Shown here: positions 47,201 through 62,487 of the stretch, piece by piece
How positions within the stretch are numbered: the stretch's first letter is position 1
How the letters are laid out: the number at the start of each line of letters is the position of its first letter
Origin: Tubiluchus corallicola
Taxonomy: Eukaryota; Animalia; Priapulida
Length of the DNA: 64,000 bases
Assembly: GCA_030141605.1 (NCBI GenBank)
Contig: JAQGDQ010000054.1
Location: forward strand, 434,001-498,000
Direction of reading: 5' to 3'
The notes under the pieces: model-generated
What the model saw: only the letters and a program-made list of their open reading frames with translations
What the model was told of the DNA's origin: nothing
Databases searched by the model: none
Position numbers and translations under genes: made by a program

Positions 47201-48230
47201 ATGCCACATTGTGACCAAGGCACATGCAAATGTTGCTTGCATGATTTTTCACATTTAATGTTCATTCTTATCTCATATAGTTAGATATAAAATTAAATAT
47301 GTCTCTCATGATCGAAAATGATATAGGCATAAGGTAGTTAAATGTTTTGTTAGTTTGATTTTGTATTTTGCACTTTTTAGCCAAAACCTGAGCATCCAGC
47401 GCCATTACCACCACTAGAGCCTGGCACTAAAATTTTTCCACTTAGACCTTGGCTCACCATCACTAAAATAACATCAGGTAATGTTGATTATATATTGTAT
47501 TGTTCTTAATTAAACTTTTGCTGATCTGTGCTGCCACATAACAGTTGTTCATAGATTAATAAAAAAATGCAAAACTCAATTGCTTTACAATACCCAGTAC
47601 CCTGATGTGCACTAGACCCACTTTTTGCATCTCGTTGGAGCTGAGAATTGTGTTTTAGATTTTTCACATGATGTAAAACTTGTTTTGAAAAAGACTGCCT
47701 CCATATCTAAAACATTTATGTAAAATATTCGGCAAATATAGAAGGAATATTAAGGCAAAGTTGTATGACTTGTAGTATCAGTTTACAAACAAGGAAGTAG
47801 ACAAAAAACATTTTTTCTCTTAAGTTTTGTCTGCTCAAGGTAAGCATACTTCAAACCACACATGCATACCAAATTACTCTAGAAAGCACAAGAGGTGTAA
47901 TTGTATATTTGTGCATGTTTGCACATCTTTTAAATGTGTGGCCGACTTTTGATCTATATTGCAGGTCTGGTGATATCCTGGGATATGCACATGCAAAGTA
48001 CTCAAGCTGAGATTGCATCCTACCAATTGTTTGCCTACCAGGAAGGCAATCAACCTCCTCATACATCGTTGTGGAAAAAAATTTCAGATGTAAAGGCGTT
48101 GCCACTGCCTATGGCTTGCACATTAACTCAGTTTAGTGAGAATAACACGTACCACTTTGCTGTACGAGCCGTAGACTCGCAGGGTCGTATTGGTCCATTT
48201 AGTGACCCACGGTCTGTACTATACTGTTGA
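29203..48230 (+). CDS. ATF7IP: Activating transcription factor 7-interacting protein (ATF7IP/MCAF1/windei; SETDB1 cofactor), about 1045 aa
   Basis: Phase-consistent exons 29203-30777, 31139-31243, 41033-41161, 42041-42199, 43328-43478, 44474-44596, 44970-45131, 45581-45694, 45847-45978, 46950-47074, 47381-47477, 47965-48230 (3138 nt in total). Acidic N-terminus, coiled coil, SIM IIDLTDED, HPAPLP motif, and C-terminal FNIII domain with WKKISDVKALPLPMACTLTQF...YHFAVRAVD..GR.GPFS. Confidence 0.93.
31049..31112. repeat. (TAC/TGC)n trinucleotide microsatellite just upstream of an ATF7IP acceptor
   Basis: TACTACTACAGCTGCTGCT...GCTACTGCTACT. Confidence 0.85.
31890..32142 (-). mobile_element. Helentron-associated (HINE/DINE-1-like) non-autonomous element
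   Basis: Minus strand begins TTTTTACCTCTGATAAGGAAGTTATG, followed by a (GTTT/GTCT)n microsatellite; subterminal ACCTCCACGAAG-like repeat near the other end. Class assigned from structure only. Confidence 0.55.
32165..32335 (-). repeat. TAACCC motif plus an array of about 15-bp CCATTTTTCCTGTG-like units (non-autonomous element remnant)
   Basis: TAACCCTAACCCTAA followed by repeated CCATTTTT(A/T)CC units. Confidence 0.65.
32483..33759 (-). repeat. 3' LTR (1277 bp)
   Basis: Direct repeat of 38862-40136, about 98% identical by manual comparison; adjacent to the PPT. Confidence 0.96.
33760..33775 (-). other. Polypurine tract (PPT)
   Basis: Minus strand AAATTAGGGGGCTG immediately before the 3' LTR start TGTAAC. 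Confidence 0.75.
33852..35279 (-). pseudogene. pol: Retrotransposon pol: reverse transcriptase and RNase H (C-terminal pol domains)
   Basis: SPVVVVPKKDGTIRFCVNY, LDLTKGYWQI, PFGLVNAAA and YIDD (RT); DASTTGLGGIL, ELELLAIVWAV and ADSLSR (RNase H). Out of frame with the upstream integrase. Confidence 0.93.
35212..37359 (-). pseudogene. pol: Retrotransposon pol: aspartic protease and integrase (Zn finger, core, GPY/F), with one in-frame stop
   Basis: DTGA protease; H..H/CPIC zinc finger; SMDYI, VTNQG, YHPQTSDLTERYN core; WKGPYQV and FHINLLRPW. ORFs 36145-37359 and 35212-36060 share a frame, separated by TAA at 36145-36147. Confidence 0.92.
37332..38714 (-). CDS. gag: Retrotransposon Gag (460 aa) with SCAN-like capsid and CCHC zinc knuckle
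   Basis: Open ORF; PDYYRQTFR...WL...LEQAL...IARWVR SCAN-like segment; CFNCGGYGHYAVSC knuckle. Confidence 0.9.
   Translation of the reverse strand: MEGYIELTRPQLELLSPEALRGIAYSRNLVYERRNREQLISSILHSQTFRRPPALDPKRMESGSITGYQPGAKSEEGAHKLDEVTQSSHAEEEDPVQQLADDSPPPELDIMTGDSDPPPPRGKRQPAHVTVGQLPDVDLAPYAGFDAERLAMLLEFQRERMKHESEERAKERQHALQLHKMSLSFESEMAATSESRHPRCTTANTQEGAIEDRSTPRHESLKIKYFGEGSQEPDLAEYFSYLERCLVVNRIPKKDWPCVLSRALAGHTKALRAYNCVPQGDLQDYDKIKECVLSFFSLTPDYYRQTFRKVTRGVDECYRAYFTRVKNAGDLWLQAANVQTLEQAKDLFYLEQALSRVLPQIARWVRRNNITEDVATKCDYYAYSEGLDLDKQSQYGSRGKPMKQHRSSKNNKLVDEPQEAEGLQKSARCFNCGGYGHYAVSCPKTKHPPKQICQWLGRMP
38843..38860 (-). other. Primer binding site complementary to the tRNA-Leu 3' end
   Basis: Minus strand AGGTGGCAGCGGTGGGAT, 1 nt after the 5' LTR; 17/18 match to the complement of tRNA-Leu ...ATCCCACCGCTGCCACCA as I recall it. 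Confidence 0.85.
38862..40136 (-). repeat. 5' LTR (1275 bp)
   Basis: Direct repeat of 32483-33759; adjacent to the PBS. Confidence 0.96.
42435..42510. repeat. Imperfect tandem duplication of about 37 bp
   Basis: TCGAAGTTTTGGGATTTCGGTAAAACACTTATTGAAA and TCGAAGTCTTGGGTTTCAGTAAAAAACTGATTGAGA. Confidence 0.75.
46400..46680. repeat. Degenerate minisatellite, about 38-bp unit, about 7 copies, in an ATF7IP intron
   Basis: Recurrent TACCTATCTG.ATTC..AGTGCC..ACAC..AACCATAC. Confidence 0.8.
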
Positions 48231-49244
48231 TTAGTGAATTAAATTAAATATGTACATTTTTGTATGATTAACATAATCATAAGGATGGCGCTCATTAGTT
48301 AATTTCGCCAAATTGTTGACTTACATACCTTCAATAGAATTGCTAGCAGCATGTTTGGTTAAAATGTGCCAAGTAAATGTTACAAAAAGTGATAACAGAA
48401 TGTTCACCCCAGCATGAGAATTCTTGCCTTAGGTTCCGCTGATGCGTCTTTATAATGGCTGGGAATAGCTAATAGTGTAATAATTGTAAATAAGTGATGT
48501 AATTATTCTGGTGCAATTAGAAGATAATAGTGATACATTGATGTGTGTTTTTAACTTATATGAACTGATATGGCATTCTGGTGAAAATTTCGCTTCCAGG
48601 TAAAAGCATCCTGTCACAAGGGTTTTAACTTGTATTTTAAAATGTTGAACAGAAAGGAAGGGGGTTAAGACTTCTACCTTCCATTTTCAAAATTATTTTA
48701 AACAAGTGTCTTGGGCTTGCTTGCTTCCTTGGCTCCAATATTTCATATGATTCACATAACTTGTTGACAATTTTGTTTATGAGGAGCACATTTTATTAGT
48801 TTTATTTTATTTTCCTGCTACTTAACCCTATTAGTTTTTGTTTGCAGTTTATCTGATGTGAGGTTAACACCTCATCTGATGTCATTGTAAACTCTTAATT
48901 TTATCAACATTCAGTAAGCTTGTAAGAATCTCTGCAGAGCCTAAATTGCAGTCAGTATTTAGTTAAAAACTCATTGTTATAATTATGTTGTGCAGTTACA
49001 TTCTGCATTGTTGTTATAGTCTTATTACGTTCAGTGCACGTGGCCTGTAAATGTTGCTGTGGTTGCAGCAACATCATGTTAGTTTACCTGATCAACACTC
49101 ATTAGGTGTTAGTTCATTGTTATTGCAGTCCACTAACACATTACTTTTATTTTGTAAACCATTGTTTAAACATTGCTACTTTTGCAGAGATGTCACATTG
49201 ACATATTTGACCACAACTACTTATAAACGTGTTATTGTGTTTTA

Positions 49245-49250
49245 AATAAA
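49245..49250 (+). terminator. Candidate ATF7IP polyadenylation signal
   Basis: AATAAA about 1 kb downstream of the stop codon; ATTAAA variants also occur just after the stop. Confidence 0.4.
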
Positions 49251-49914
49251 ATGCAATCTGCACAGCAGTTAGAAAACGTGTGGCAGACCAGTGAGGGATG
49301 CATGTTGCAGGTAAAGAATTATACAAACCTCTTTATACCACCTACCTAGATAACAAATTGCATTAATATGTACGTCTGCATAGACATTTTGTTTTGCTAA
49401 AAATTTGGCTATTAAACAAGGTTGGCATTATAAAGGGGGTGTTACAAAGAGATTTGACTCTAACACTGACCTCTGCATCAGTGATTATTCATAATTGGCT
49501 AGCAAAAAACTACACTGATTTTTCATATATTCTAGATTCTGATTTTCTAGATTTTAGTAAATATATGTATTGTTGTTTAAGCAGCAGAATGCTAGTAACT
49601 TAAATAACACATCGTTATAACACTGCCAAGTTGTCAGTATTGCAACGTCCAACACCCCAGTCTTACTTTCAGTGTTGTGTTTTCATCATTCAGACATAAT
49701 TATTATTCGAGCATATATTTGTTTTCTGTTCACAGATTACACACATAAAGTATATCATATATTGTTTTAAAACGTACATAGTATGCTTTTATAAGTTTCG
49801 GATTATTTCCTAAAAGAACTTGCGCATATGTAAAATTAAAGTCGTTTACACTGGTTTTACGTGATGAAGCCATTGCCCGAAGTCTGCCAACTTTAAAATG
49901 CTTCTACATGCATG

Positions 49915-52900
49915 TCATTCTTTAATAATAATTGGTGCAATCATTTGGTTATGTGAATAATATCTGCATTCTGCTGGAGGCTCTATTGCGATGACGTTCC
50001 ACGTTATGTTATTCCTTTTGAAGCCAGCTTTTAAGAGCTTTGGAATTTGAGTGTCCTGAAAATAAAAGAAAATGCAGTATATTTCAATAAGCTAAATTTC
50101 CAGCGGGCTGTACCACCTCGATGAAACAGACAGTTTTTACACCATATCTTTAGCGTAACCACTAATACCTAGTCATTCAGACTTTAATAAACAGTGTTGT
50201 CAATATTCAGTTTCCAACACATTCTTGGTGGAACAGTAGCGTTATTAATTTTTAGCCGAATTAAACTGTGGTTGTGAGAATAGCTGGACGACTCCACAGC
50301 ATTAGTAAATCAGATGAACTGCATACTGAGAACAGGCGAGCTGTAAACTTATCGGTATTACTAACATAACTAAGCTGTGTACTGAGCACGAGCGACTTCT
50401 CGCATAACTGTTGAATTGAAATGTGGACTGAGAGCAGCCGAATCGTTGCTTTCTAAGTTTTAGTAACTGAATTGAACCTTGCAGTTACAACAGTTAAACT
50501 ATCACCTCCTCATTAGTAACTGAGCTGAGTAGTACACCGAGCGCAGCCAAACTACCGCCTTCTCAGTGTTGGCAACTGAATTGAACTCAGCCAAAGTGAC
50601 AGCAGCCGTTTCAGAATTAGTAACTGAATTGAACTGCACTCTGGGAACACCTGTACTGTTGGGTTCTCATCTTTATTAAAATGTCACCTTCTCAATGTTA
50701 GTAATGTAACTGAACTGAAATGTGCACTGCGAACAGTTGGACTGTCACCTCAGCATTTGTAATTGAATTGATCTGTGCACCTCACATTTGTAATTGAATT
50801 GATCTGTGTGTGCACTGTGAATAATTGAACTGTCCACCTCAGCATTTGCAGTTGAATTAAACTGTGCACTGAGAAAAGACGACCTTCTCAATCTAAATTG
50901 AATTAATGTGACTGAATTGAAGTGAGCAGTGAAATTAAATTAATTGTTTCCTTCTGAGCTTTAGAAACTGAATAGAACTGTATACTGGGAACAGCCGAAC
51001 TATTGCATTCTCAGTACATTAGTAACTGAGTATAACTGTACAATACAACTAAGAACAATTTGTTGTCTTCTTATTTGTAGTTGAATTGAGCTATGCCCTG
51101 AGAATTGCCGAGCTGTTGCCTTCTCAACATTAGTAACCGATTTGAGCTGTGTATTGAAAAGAGGTGAATTAATGCCTTCTCAGCATTACCATTAGTAACC
51201 TCATCGAAGTGTGTGCTGAAAACAGCCGAACTACCACATTCTTGGCTTTAGTAACCGAGTTCAACTGTATACTGAGAACAGGCAAACTGTTGCATTCTCA
51301 CTTAGCATTAGTAGGTTCATTGCAGAGCCTATTTCGGGGGGGGGTACTTCCCCGGGGCCTCACCCTCCAGGGGGGCTTCGCGTCGAGGTAACTTTTTTGC
51401 TTTATGCGAACATGCTGCTTAACTCCATATTTTCTCTTCGGAAATGCTTCTCCGGCGTTTTAGCAGTTCATAAATCGCTTCGCACCGCCCCCCCCCCCGA
51501 GGAGGCCTCACACGCCCCACTTTCCCGGGCCTCGCTTAGGCTGAAATGGGCCCTGGTTAACTGAACTGTTCACTGATAATGGTCTAGCTGAATTGAACTA
51601 GGAACTGATCTATGGACGACCTGCTGGATTTGTAGCATTAGTAACTGCATTGAGCTGTGAACTAGAACAGTCAAATTCAGCATTAATCTTTGAATTGAGA
51701 ATGACTAAATTGTCATATTCTGAACATACTAGATTGCAACGTATGCAACGTGAACATGCTTCAGCCTAGCTTGTATCGTGCGTGAATACCATCCAGGCTG
51801 TGCTGCTACCACCAAGTGCATAGCTGCCTGTTGATAATGCACGATTATCCACACCACAGCACGTACTTTACAGTCCAGACCTGCCAAGCGTTTGAGTGTG
51901 AAATGTAAAAAGCCCAGGGATCATCTCGCTCCCTATAGGGGTCCAGAAAGCAAATTGTGCCCTGAAATTTCTATATTATTCTGGGCGTCAAAATCAAATT
52001 ATTAAAGAAATGAAGGCAAAAATTAAGGTAATACTATTATTATTACGCTGTTACAGTTTACTGTGCTTTATATAATGTTCTTTTGTACATAAGAAAAAAG
52101 TTCAATAGCACCCAAACCTTTCAAAACCTGTAATGCCCTTTAGTGTAGTATACATCATGAGACTCATGAATGCTCTTGTATTGTTGATAGTCGTACTACT
52201 AATTGTGTTGTGGCTGATACTGAGGGGAAAGGAAGCTAGCTGATTTGCGTGTGAAGTTGGGGAATGCCCGAGAACTGAAATTTGATGCGTGTGAAAGGTT
52301 TAAAATTCGCGAGAAACACGCTTAATGCTTGAGAGTTGGCAAGTCTGCCTACTACTGCTGGCACCACTGATGACTAGGGAAACAACGACAAAAACAACAG
52401 CAATATTGACAACAGCGCATAGTCAAAGCTATTAGACAGTGACAAACACTATTAGACGAATTCGCTGATGGTAATTAATACACGAACATTGTAGTACATG
52501 TAGTCTTTGCTTATTGCGCCGAGTAATCCCGTTCTTCAAATCCCAGTTTTATAAGTTTTGCACAAATGAGCGAAAGATTTTTTTGGAAATTCCCCGTTCC
52601 GCCTGATGAGTTTAATTAAAAAAGGAAGCCCTCTTAGACGGTTCGTTTGATATATAATTTATCGTAAATTAGGCGCGTTCAGACGTAGACCTCTCTAGCA
52701 ACTTGTTGCGCAACTTCTGTCTGAGAGAAGTTGCCAAGCCGTTCACACGTTGCAACTTTACTCTCGGAGAGAAGTTTCGAAAAAAGTCTCTACGTCTGAA
52801 CGTGCCACTAGTCTTGAATAACGCGTCGTGCCAGACTGTCAATAATAACATATTCAGGAACAGCTCAAATAAATACACTAGGTATCTCGTTCTGGCATGC

Positions 52901-55312
52901 ACGATCCAATAAAAATGAAAAAAAAATCGTAAAGACTGAAAGAGAAAAGAAAAATTTCGAAGTATTCTGAATTTCCAGAAATGTCTCCTTTGATAGATCT
53001 TGAGTTTGATCTTAAGTGATTAATAGGCCTAGACTTTGAGAAAGCTTTTTTTTACAGTCCCAGCGTATGATAGTCCTGTTCTTAATACACTGAATTCATC
53101 TGCAAACCTAAATTTGAAAGATCTGTTTAAACAAGATCTGACACGTACCTCAAACATAATTTCTACATCTTGAAACTTGGTTTTCATCAGTTCTCCCCAA
53201 GACGTAAGATTGCAGTACGTAAGAATTCCTCCTGGCTTCAACAATCGGAACGCGTGTTTGTAAATGAAGTCAAACTGATGCGTGTGCCAAGTAAGTTCGC
53301 TCAGTGGATATGTATCGTACAAAATACCTGCCAATGCAATTTTACTAAATTTGTTTCTGTATTTGTTTGATTTGTTAGTTAACTAGTTGGATTATGTCAG
53401 AATACTCTGGGATTCACAGTCATAATGGAATTAATGATATCGTTAATTGTCAGCTAATTTGAAAAACTTGACACCATAATTCATATTAACGTTATAGTCG
53501 TTAATAATTTGCTTCTATATTTACGTTAGAAAGTTAAATCTAATAGGCCTACCGTCAAAACTGCTATCCTCAAAAGATGGCGCAACGTCTTCCCACATGC
53601 CTTTACACGGGATAACTTTGTTTGGTTGATTTATTTTCCACTTTTCCAGGCGTTCAAACACATCGTTGTTACACTCTATTATAACGTGGTCGCTCAGTTC
53701 ATGTTTTTCAATTTGTGTGGCAGCGATTCCCATACCAAACCCAATTTCTAGTACTCTGCCGCCTATTAAACCACAGTTATTACCATTCAGATACAAATAA
53801 ATATTACAATATACATTATAATAATAATACAGGGTGTTTCAAAAGCCAATATTTTTCAGTTGCAACAAGAATCGAATGAAAATTTGGTTTCCGAGTCTAT
53901 ACGATTCATGATAATTATAGTGATATCAAAATTGGCTTCATAAGCCTAGTGCAGCTACTTTACACCCTTATGTCATGCCCATTTCTAGCTATGCCGCGAT
54001 TTTACACCTCTGTTTTAGGGTCAGCATTACGTCGAATTCAGTGTACACTCGAAAAAATTCTTAACTATTGTAAGAGTTTACCAAAAGATGAACATCGTTG
54101 CAAGATCGATTAGCTGCAAAAAATTGAAAATCAAAGTACTGAAATTAATGAAATTGTTCAGCGTAATTTCATACTATACCATCATTTCTTTAATATTTTA
54201 CTATAATAATCAGCGAGGATTCTTTTTTGTAATGTAGGTAGAGCCTAGATACAAAATTTCTGAAAGACTTCGTCTATTATCAATGAGGGCTTGAAAAATC
54301 CCATTATTCGTTTTAAGTTTTAAAGTCATGAGTTTTTATGGCACGATTTAACTTTTTTCACTACAGCACGTGAAAAATATCAGTTAAAGAAGTATGGGCA
54401 TTTTAAAAAACAAAGTCCTTTACTAACAGCTCAAGATGGTATAACGACAGAGCTGACTTCCGAGAGAAAAGCCCAGGTGAGCGTTGCCTGTAGGTAAAAA
54501 GTAAATGTGAAGTCATAAACAGGAAGTAAAGCTGTTAAAGGGAAGGGCAGACACAATCCAAACCGCTGTCACACGTGCGACTTGGTCTTTTAAAACATTA
54601 TTGTTTAAACTTCATTTAAATTTCAGACGCTCGATTGCAGTGAGATTGCAATTATTTTCAAGTTGTTGGACATTCCAAGAACGATATTGGCGGTAAACAA
54701 TATAACTCTGCAGGTAAAACCATTATAAAGCTGTTAGTATTATAAAAATAGTGCGATGATCTCAACAAATTCTTTGCAGCAAGAACAACAACGTTGTTAA
54801 AAAATCATCCCGGGGAAGGAAATTTTCCACATTTTTACTGTCCCTGAACGTGATATAGAAACGTCTTAACGATATTTATGCACTAAAATTACAATTTGCG
54901 TAATTTATAGTATCCACGCCCAGCCATTTAAAAGTGAGAAATGTAGGATTCCAGTATGCGAAGAATGGTGGTTAAATAAATGAAGCATTGCATTTGGTAT
55001 GATCTTACGTTGACGAACACTACGTGCACACACTTTTGTGATGTCCCAGTGTCGCAGAGAGTTCTTGATTCACGTCTATCTACTCTACAAGTTTCATTAA
55101 AATGTTTAGTTGCAACAGCTGATAAACTAAAAAAATTAAAGGCCTATACCTTTGGAGGCAGCTATATCTGCCAGTTTGCGCATGAATGGAGTTTCCCATC
55201 TTTCCATCACGGGCTTCTCTAAAATTTTCAAGTGATCGTCTGTTACGTCGTATACAGCCGTGGCAGCTGTCCAATTGTCAGAGCATTGTTCACCACTTTC
55301 AAAAAGTGCCAT
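49915..55312 (-). CDS. GAMT: Guanidinoacetate N-methyltransferase, 230 aa
   Basis: Exons 55312-55150 ([11 protein letters not shown]...[12 protein letters not shown]), 53762-53553 ([14 protein letters not shown]...IIECN...KGMWEDVAP), 53327-53149 ([18 protein letters not shown]...[21 protein letters not shown]), 50055-49915 ([11 protein letters not shown]...PPAECRYYS...MIAP). A 5'UTR intron is likely at 55319-55548. Confidence 0.97.
50250..51725. repeat. Tandem array of about 54-bp diverged units (roughly 20 or more copies) in GAMT intron 3
   Basis: Approximate consensus TTCTCAGCATTAGTAACTGAATTGAACTGTGCACTGAGAACAGCCGAACTGTTGCC; interrupted by a MITE at 51323-51555. Confidence 0.88.
51323..51555. 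mobile_element. GC-rich hAT-type MITE inserted into the tandem array
   Basis: TIRs CAGAGCCTATTTC / GAAATGGGCCCTG; degenerate 8-bp TSD GTTCATTG / GTTAACTG; poly-G and poly-C subterminal runs. Confidence 0.75.
51876..52347. mobile_element. hAT-like MITE
   Basis: TIRs CAGACCTGCCAA / TTGGCAAGTCTG; no clear TSD. A related end, CAGACTCTGCCAAGCGTTG, occurs at about 15746. Confidence 0.6.
52672..52806. mobile_element. PIF/Harbinger-type (Tourist-like) MITE, 135 bp
   Basis: TIRs GGCGCGTTCAGACGTAGA / TCTACGTCTGAACGTGCC; preceded by TTA; internal GCAACTT/AAGTTGC inverted subrepeats. Confidence 0.7.
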
Positions 55313-55548
55313 TATCTACTAAAAGAATCTCATAAAGGTTAGAAGAGCCTCAAAATCAGCACTGTGTTATTTTAGGATTGGTTAATGGACGTAAAAAGCT
55401 GAAGAAGACATTAATTTAACTACATAAAAGTGAGCGATTACTCGGTAATTAGCTTAAAAATGACTGAAAAAGGATTTGGAAGATATAAAAAGCGAACTGA
55501 TACTAGAAAAAAGAATTAATCCAACCTAATAAATTGTACACACCTTAC

Positions 55549-55975
55549 CTATAAGTATGCGAGTATTATAACTCTATTACACGTTATACAACTGTTGTTC
55601 ATACATATTAGCTGTATCACAACAGAGACATATAAGCAAGCCACTTATAACAAAGCAATGGACTTTTGGTCACGTAGTTTATTTATTTTAGTTATTATGA
55701 TAACTTGGCCTCATTCTCCTTGACAGCTAGAGCCTAGTATTTCTTTGGTTCAGCTATTTTAGCATAATTTTGTGGCGCCATCTAGTAGGCGAAATTTTGG
55801 AGAACGCAGTGCAAACTGTAAACATGACAAGGTCACTTCCTGAACAATTAAAGTATTTTAGTGTCTGAAATTAGGGAATTTATCAACGCAGAATAAGTGT
55901 TGCTACGATGAAATCGCGCTCATTAAACACATGTTTTCGTGGTGCTTGATCGGAAGTTCTGGGAGCCGGCCAGAA
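55549..55975. promoter_or_regulatory. Probable bidirectional promoter for GAMT and ANKRD54
   Basis: Start codons are about 660 bp apart, head-to-head. CTCF-like GCGCCATCTAGTAG at 55775-55788, ETS-like CACTTCCTG and CGGAAGT, and a GTCACGT E-box half-site. Confidence 0.65.
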
Positions 55976-60561
<4,586 letters not shown>

Positions 60562-61335
60562 TAAATAAAAATTCAGAAAAAGTCCCTATTTTTTTCCTTT
60601 GCAGTGCTTGTCCATTTTTGTTTATTTAGGAAAGTAGTGTGATTGAAACTTATGTTACTGCTAAACACTTTTTATTACTTTTTTGTATTAAAATACTAAT
60701 GAGATACATTAAGATTTTAATCTTATATGCCAGTTTATATACTGGTGAACATGTACATGCTTGTGAGTATCCACTATGTTGTTTTGTATAGAAAACGTTT
60801 ATACTCAGTTGTTTGTTTTACTACATTCTGTGATCAGGTTTATTTACAAAGTTTCACAACGATTGTGTACAGAAATTAATTTTGAGTGTATAATATTTTT
60901 TATTACAATAATCATATTTCTATAGATATCAGCTACTGCACGCATGAAAGTTTCAAATAATGAGCCAATGCTCATTATGTGCTGTAGACAATCACGAAAA
61001 TGTATAATATTGACAATAAAAGGCATTTTTGGATAAATTCTATATCTTTAGCTACAATGGGCCATGTGTATGGTTGCAGTGATGACTCTGTAACAAGCAT
61101 GCATAAATTTAAAAATTTTAATTTTTTCAATTTAGAAATGTGTACAGTAAGTAGCAGTAACTTCTGAGATAACTTGAACTAGTCATGACAACTAGCAGCG
61201 TTTACATTTCAGTGGCTGCCAAGAAAACTATGTGGTACTAGCGCTGAGCTTTTGAAAATTTCGTAGAACATACGTGACACTTCCTAATACTGCAATCTAC
61301 TTTTTATCATGTTTTTGACTTGTTTAAGGAATAGG

Positions 61336-62438
61336 TTAATTGCTAGATAAAGAATGATCAGATGATCGGCGTGCTGCTGCATCAGCAATTGTCCCTCCCT
61401 CCGGCAACTGCACAAAGAATGGTTCTAATCTCTCTTCTGCCGGTAAAATAGAATTCAGTTCCTAGAAATCATGAGATTATCATTAAACTATAATACAATC
61501 TTGTGTTTTACAATTTACACTTTGGTCATGGTTAGTGCTAGCTGAAGTTGTACTGGCAAATTCTTCAAGTCCTGCATGTTTACTGATTCTACCAAGTGCG
61601 TGTGCAGTAAATAATCTATATACATGCATGCAGACACAGCCAGCCCTGTCATTCTGACTGCACAGATATCTAAATAAATTCAATGAAATCCTCGAGTGAA
61701 GATTTCCACTGACGATAGTCATCTAAAGCATTAACAAGCATCAGAGAAACACATTACGCAATGATGTATTTTGCTCTTGGGTGTAATTAGAAAAAAGGAT
61801 ATATTCAATTCTGGTTTTACTTACAAAATTTCTGAAACTGGAGCAGTTAGGCAGTGGCAACCAGCAACAATAAACTCTTATATTCATAGCTATGTTTAAT
61901 ATGATACACAAGAATTTATTCCAACTAAAAATGTTAATTTATCAGAACAGATATCACGTCAGGATATTAAAAGTTCTGATTTCAAGAATGAATACAGTAT
62001 ATGTACGTAAATGTTTGTTTTACAACCGAGCAGGTAAACAGTCTCTCGAACCAAAAGACATGAATCAAATCAGAATTCAGGAGTGACCAAATACAGCACA
62101 TCTTTCTAATGTCTTACTAGTGAATGTGCATCAAGTCCTGTGTGTTTACTGATTCTACCAAGTTCCTGTGCATGCGCAGTAAATGATTTGTACATGTAAC
62201 TGAATGCAGACACGACCAGCTTGTGTTAATTCTGTCACTCTGACTATTACTCCACAGATATCTAAATAAATTCTTGCAATCTGAAAAGTGGGTATGGACT
62301 GCTTCATTTCAGGTATTTGAATCAACAATCTCAACATATCAACAATGGGCTATTTTACTATACGGAAAATTCGACGGAGGTAAAAATATACTTTGCCCTA
62401 CTATATATTTGAAGGGGGCATCTGCACCTTGTCACGTG

Positions 62439-62487
<49 letters not shown>

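Noticed and set aside
50250-51725. CRISPR-like repeat array
   Set aside because: Eukaryotic intron; whole units are homologous with no unique spacers; no cas genes.
52340-52395. Hammerhead ribozyme core (CTGATGA...GAAAC)
   Set aside because: Stems I and III cannot be closed in the required register.
53828-53975. Tc1/mariner end TACAGGGTGTTTC
   Set aside because: No convincing matching right TIR found.
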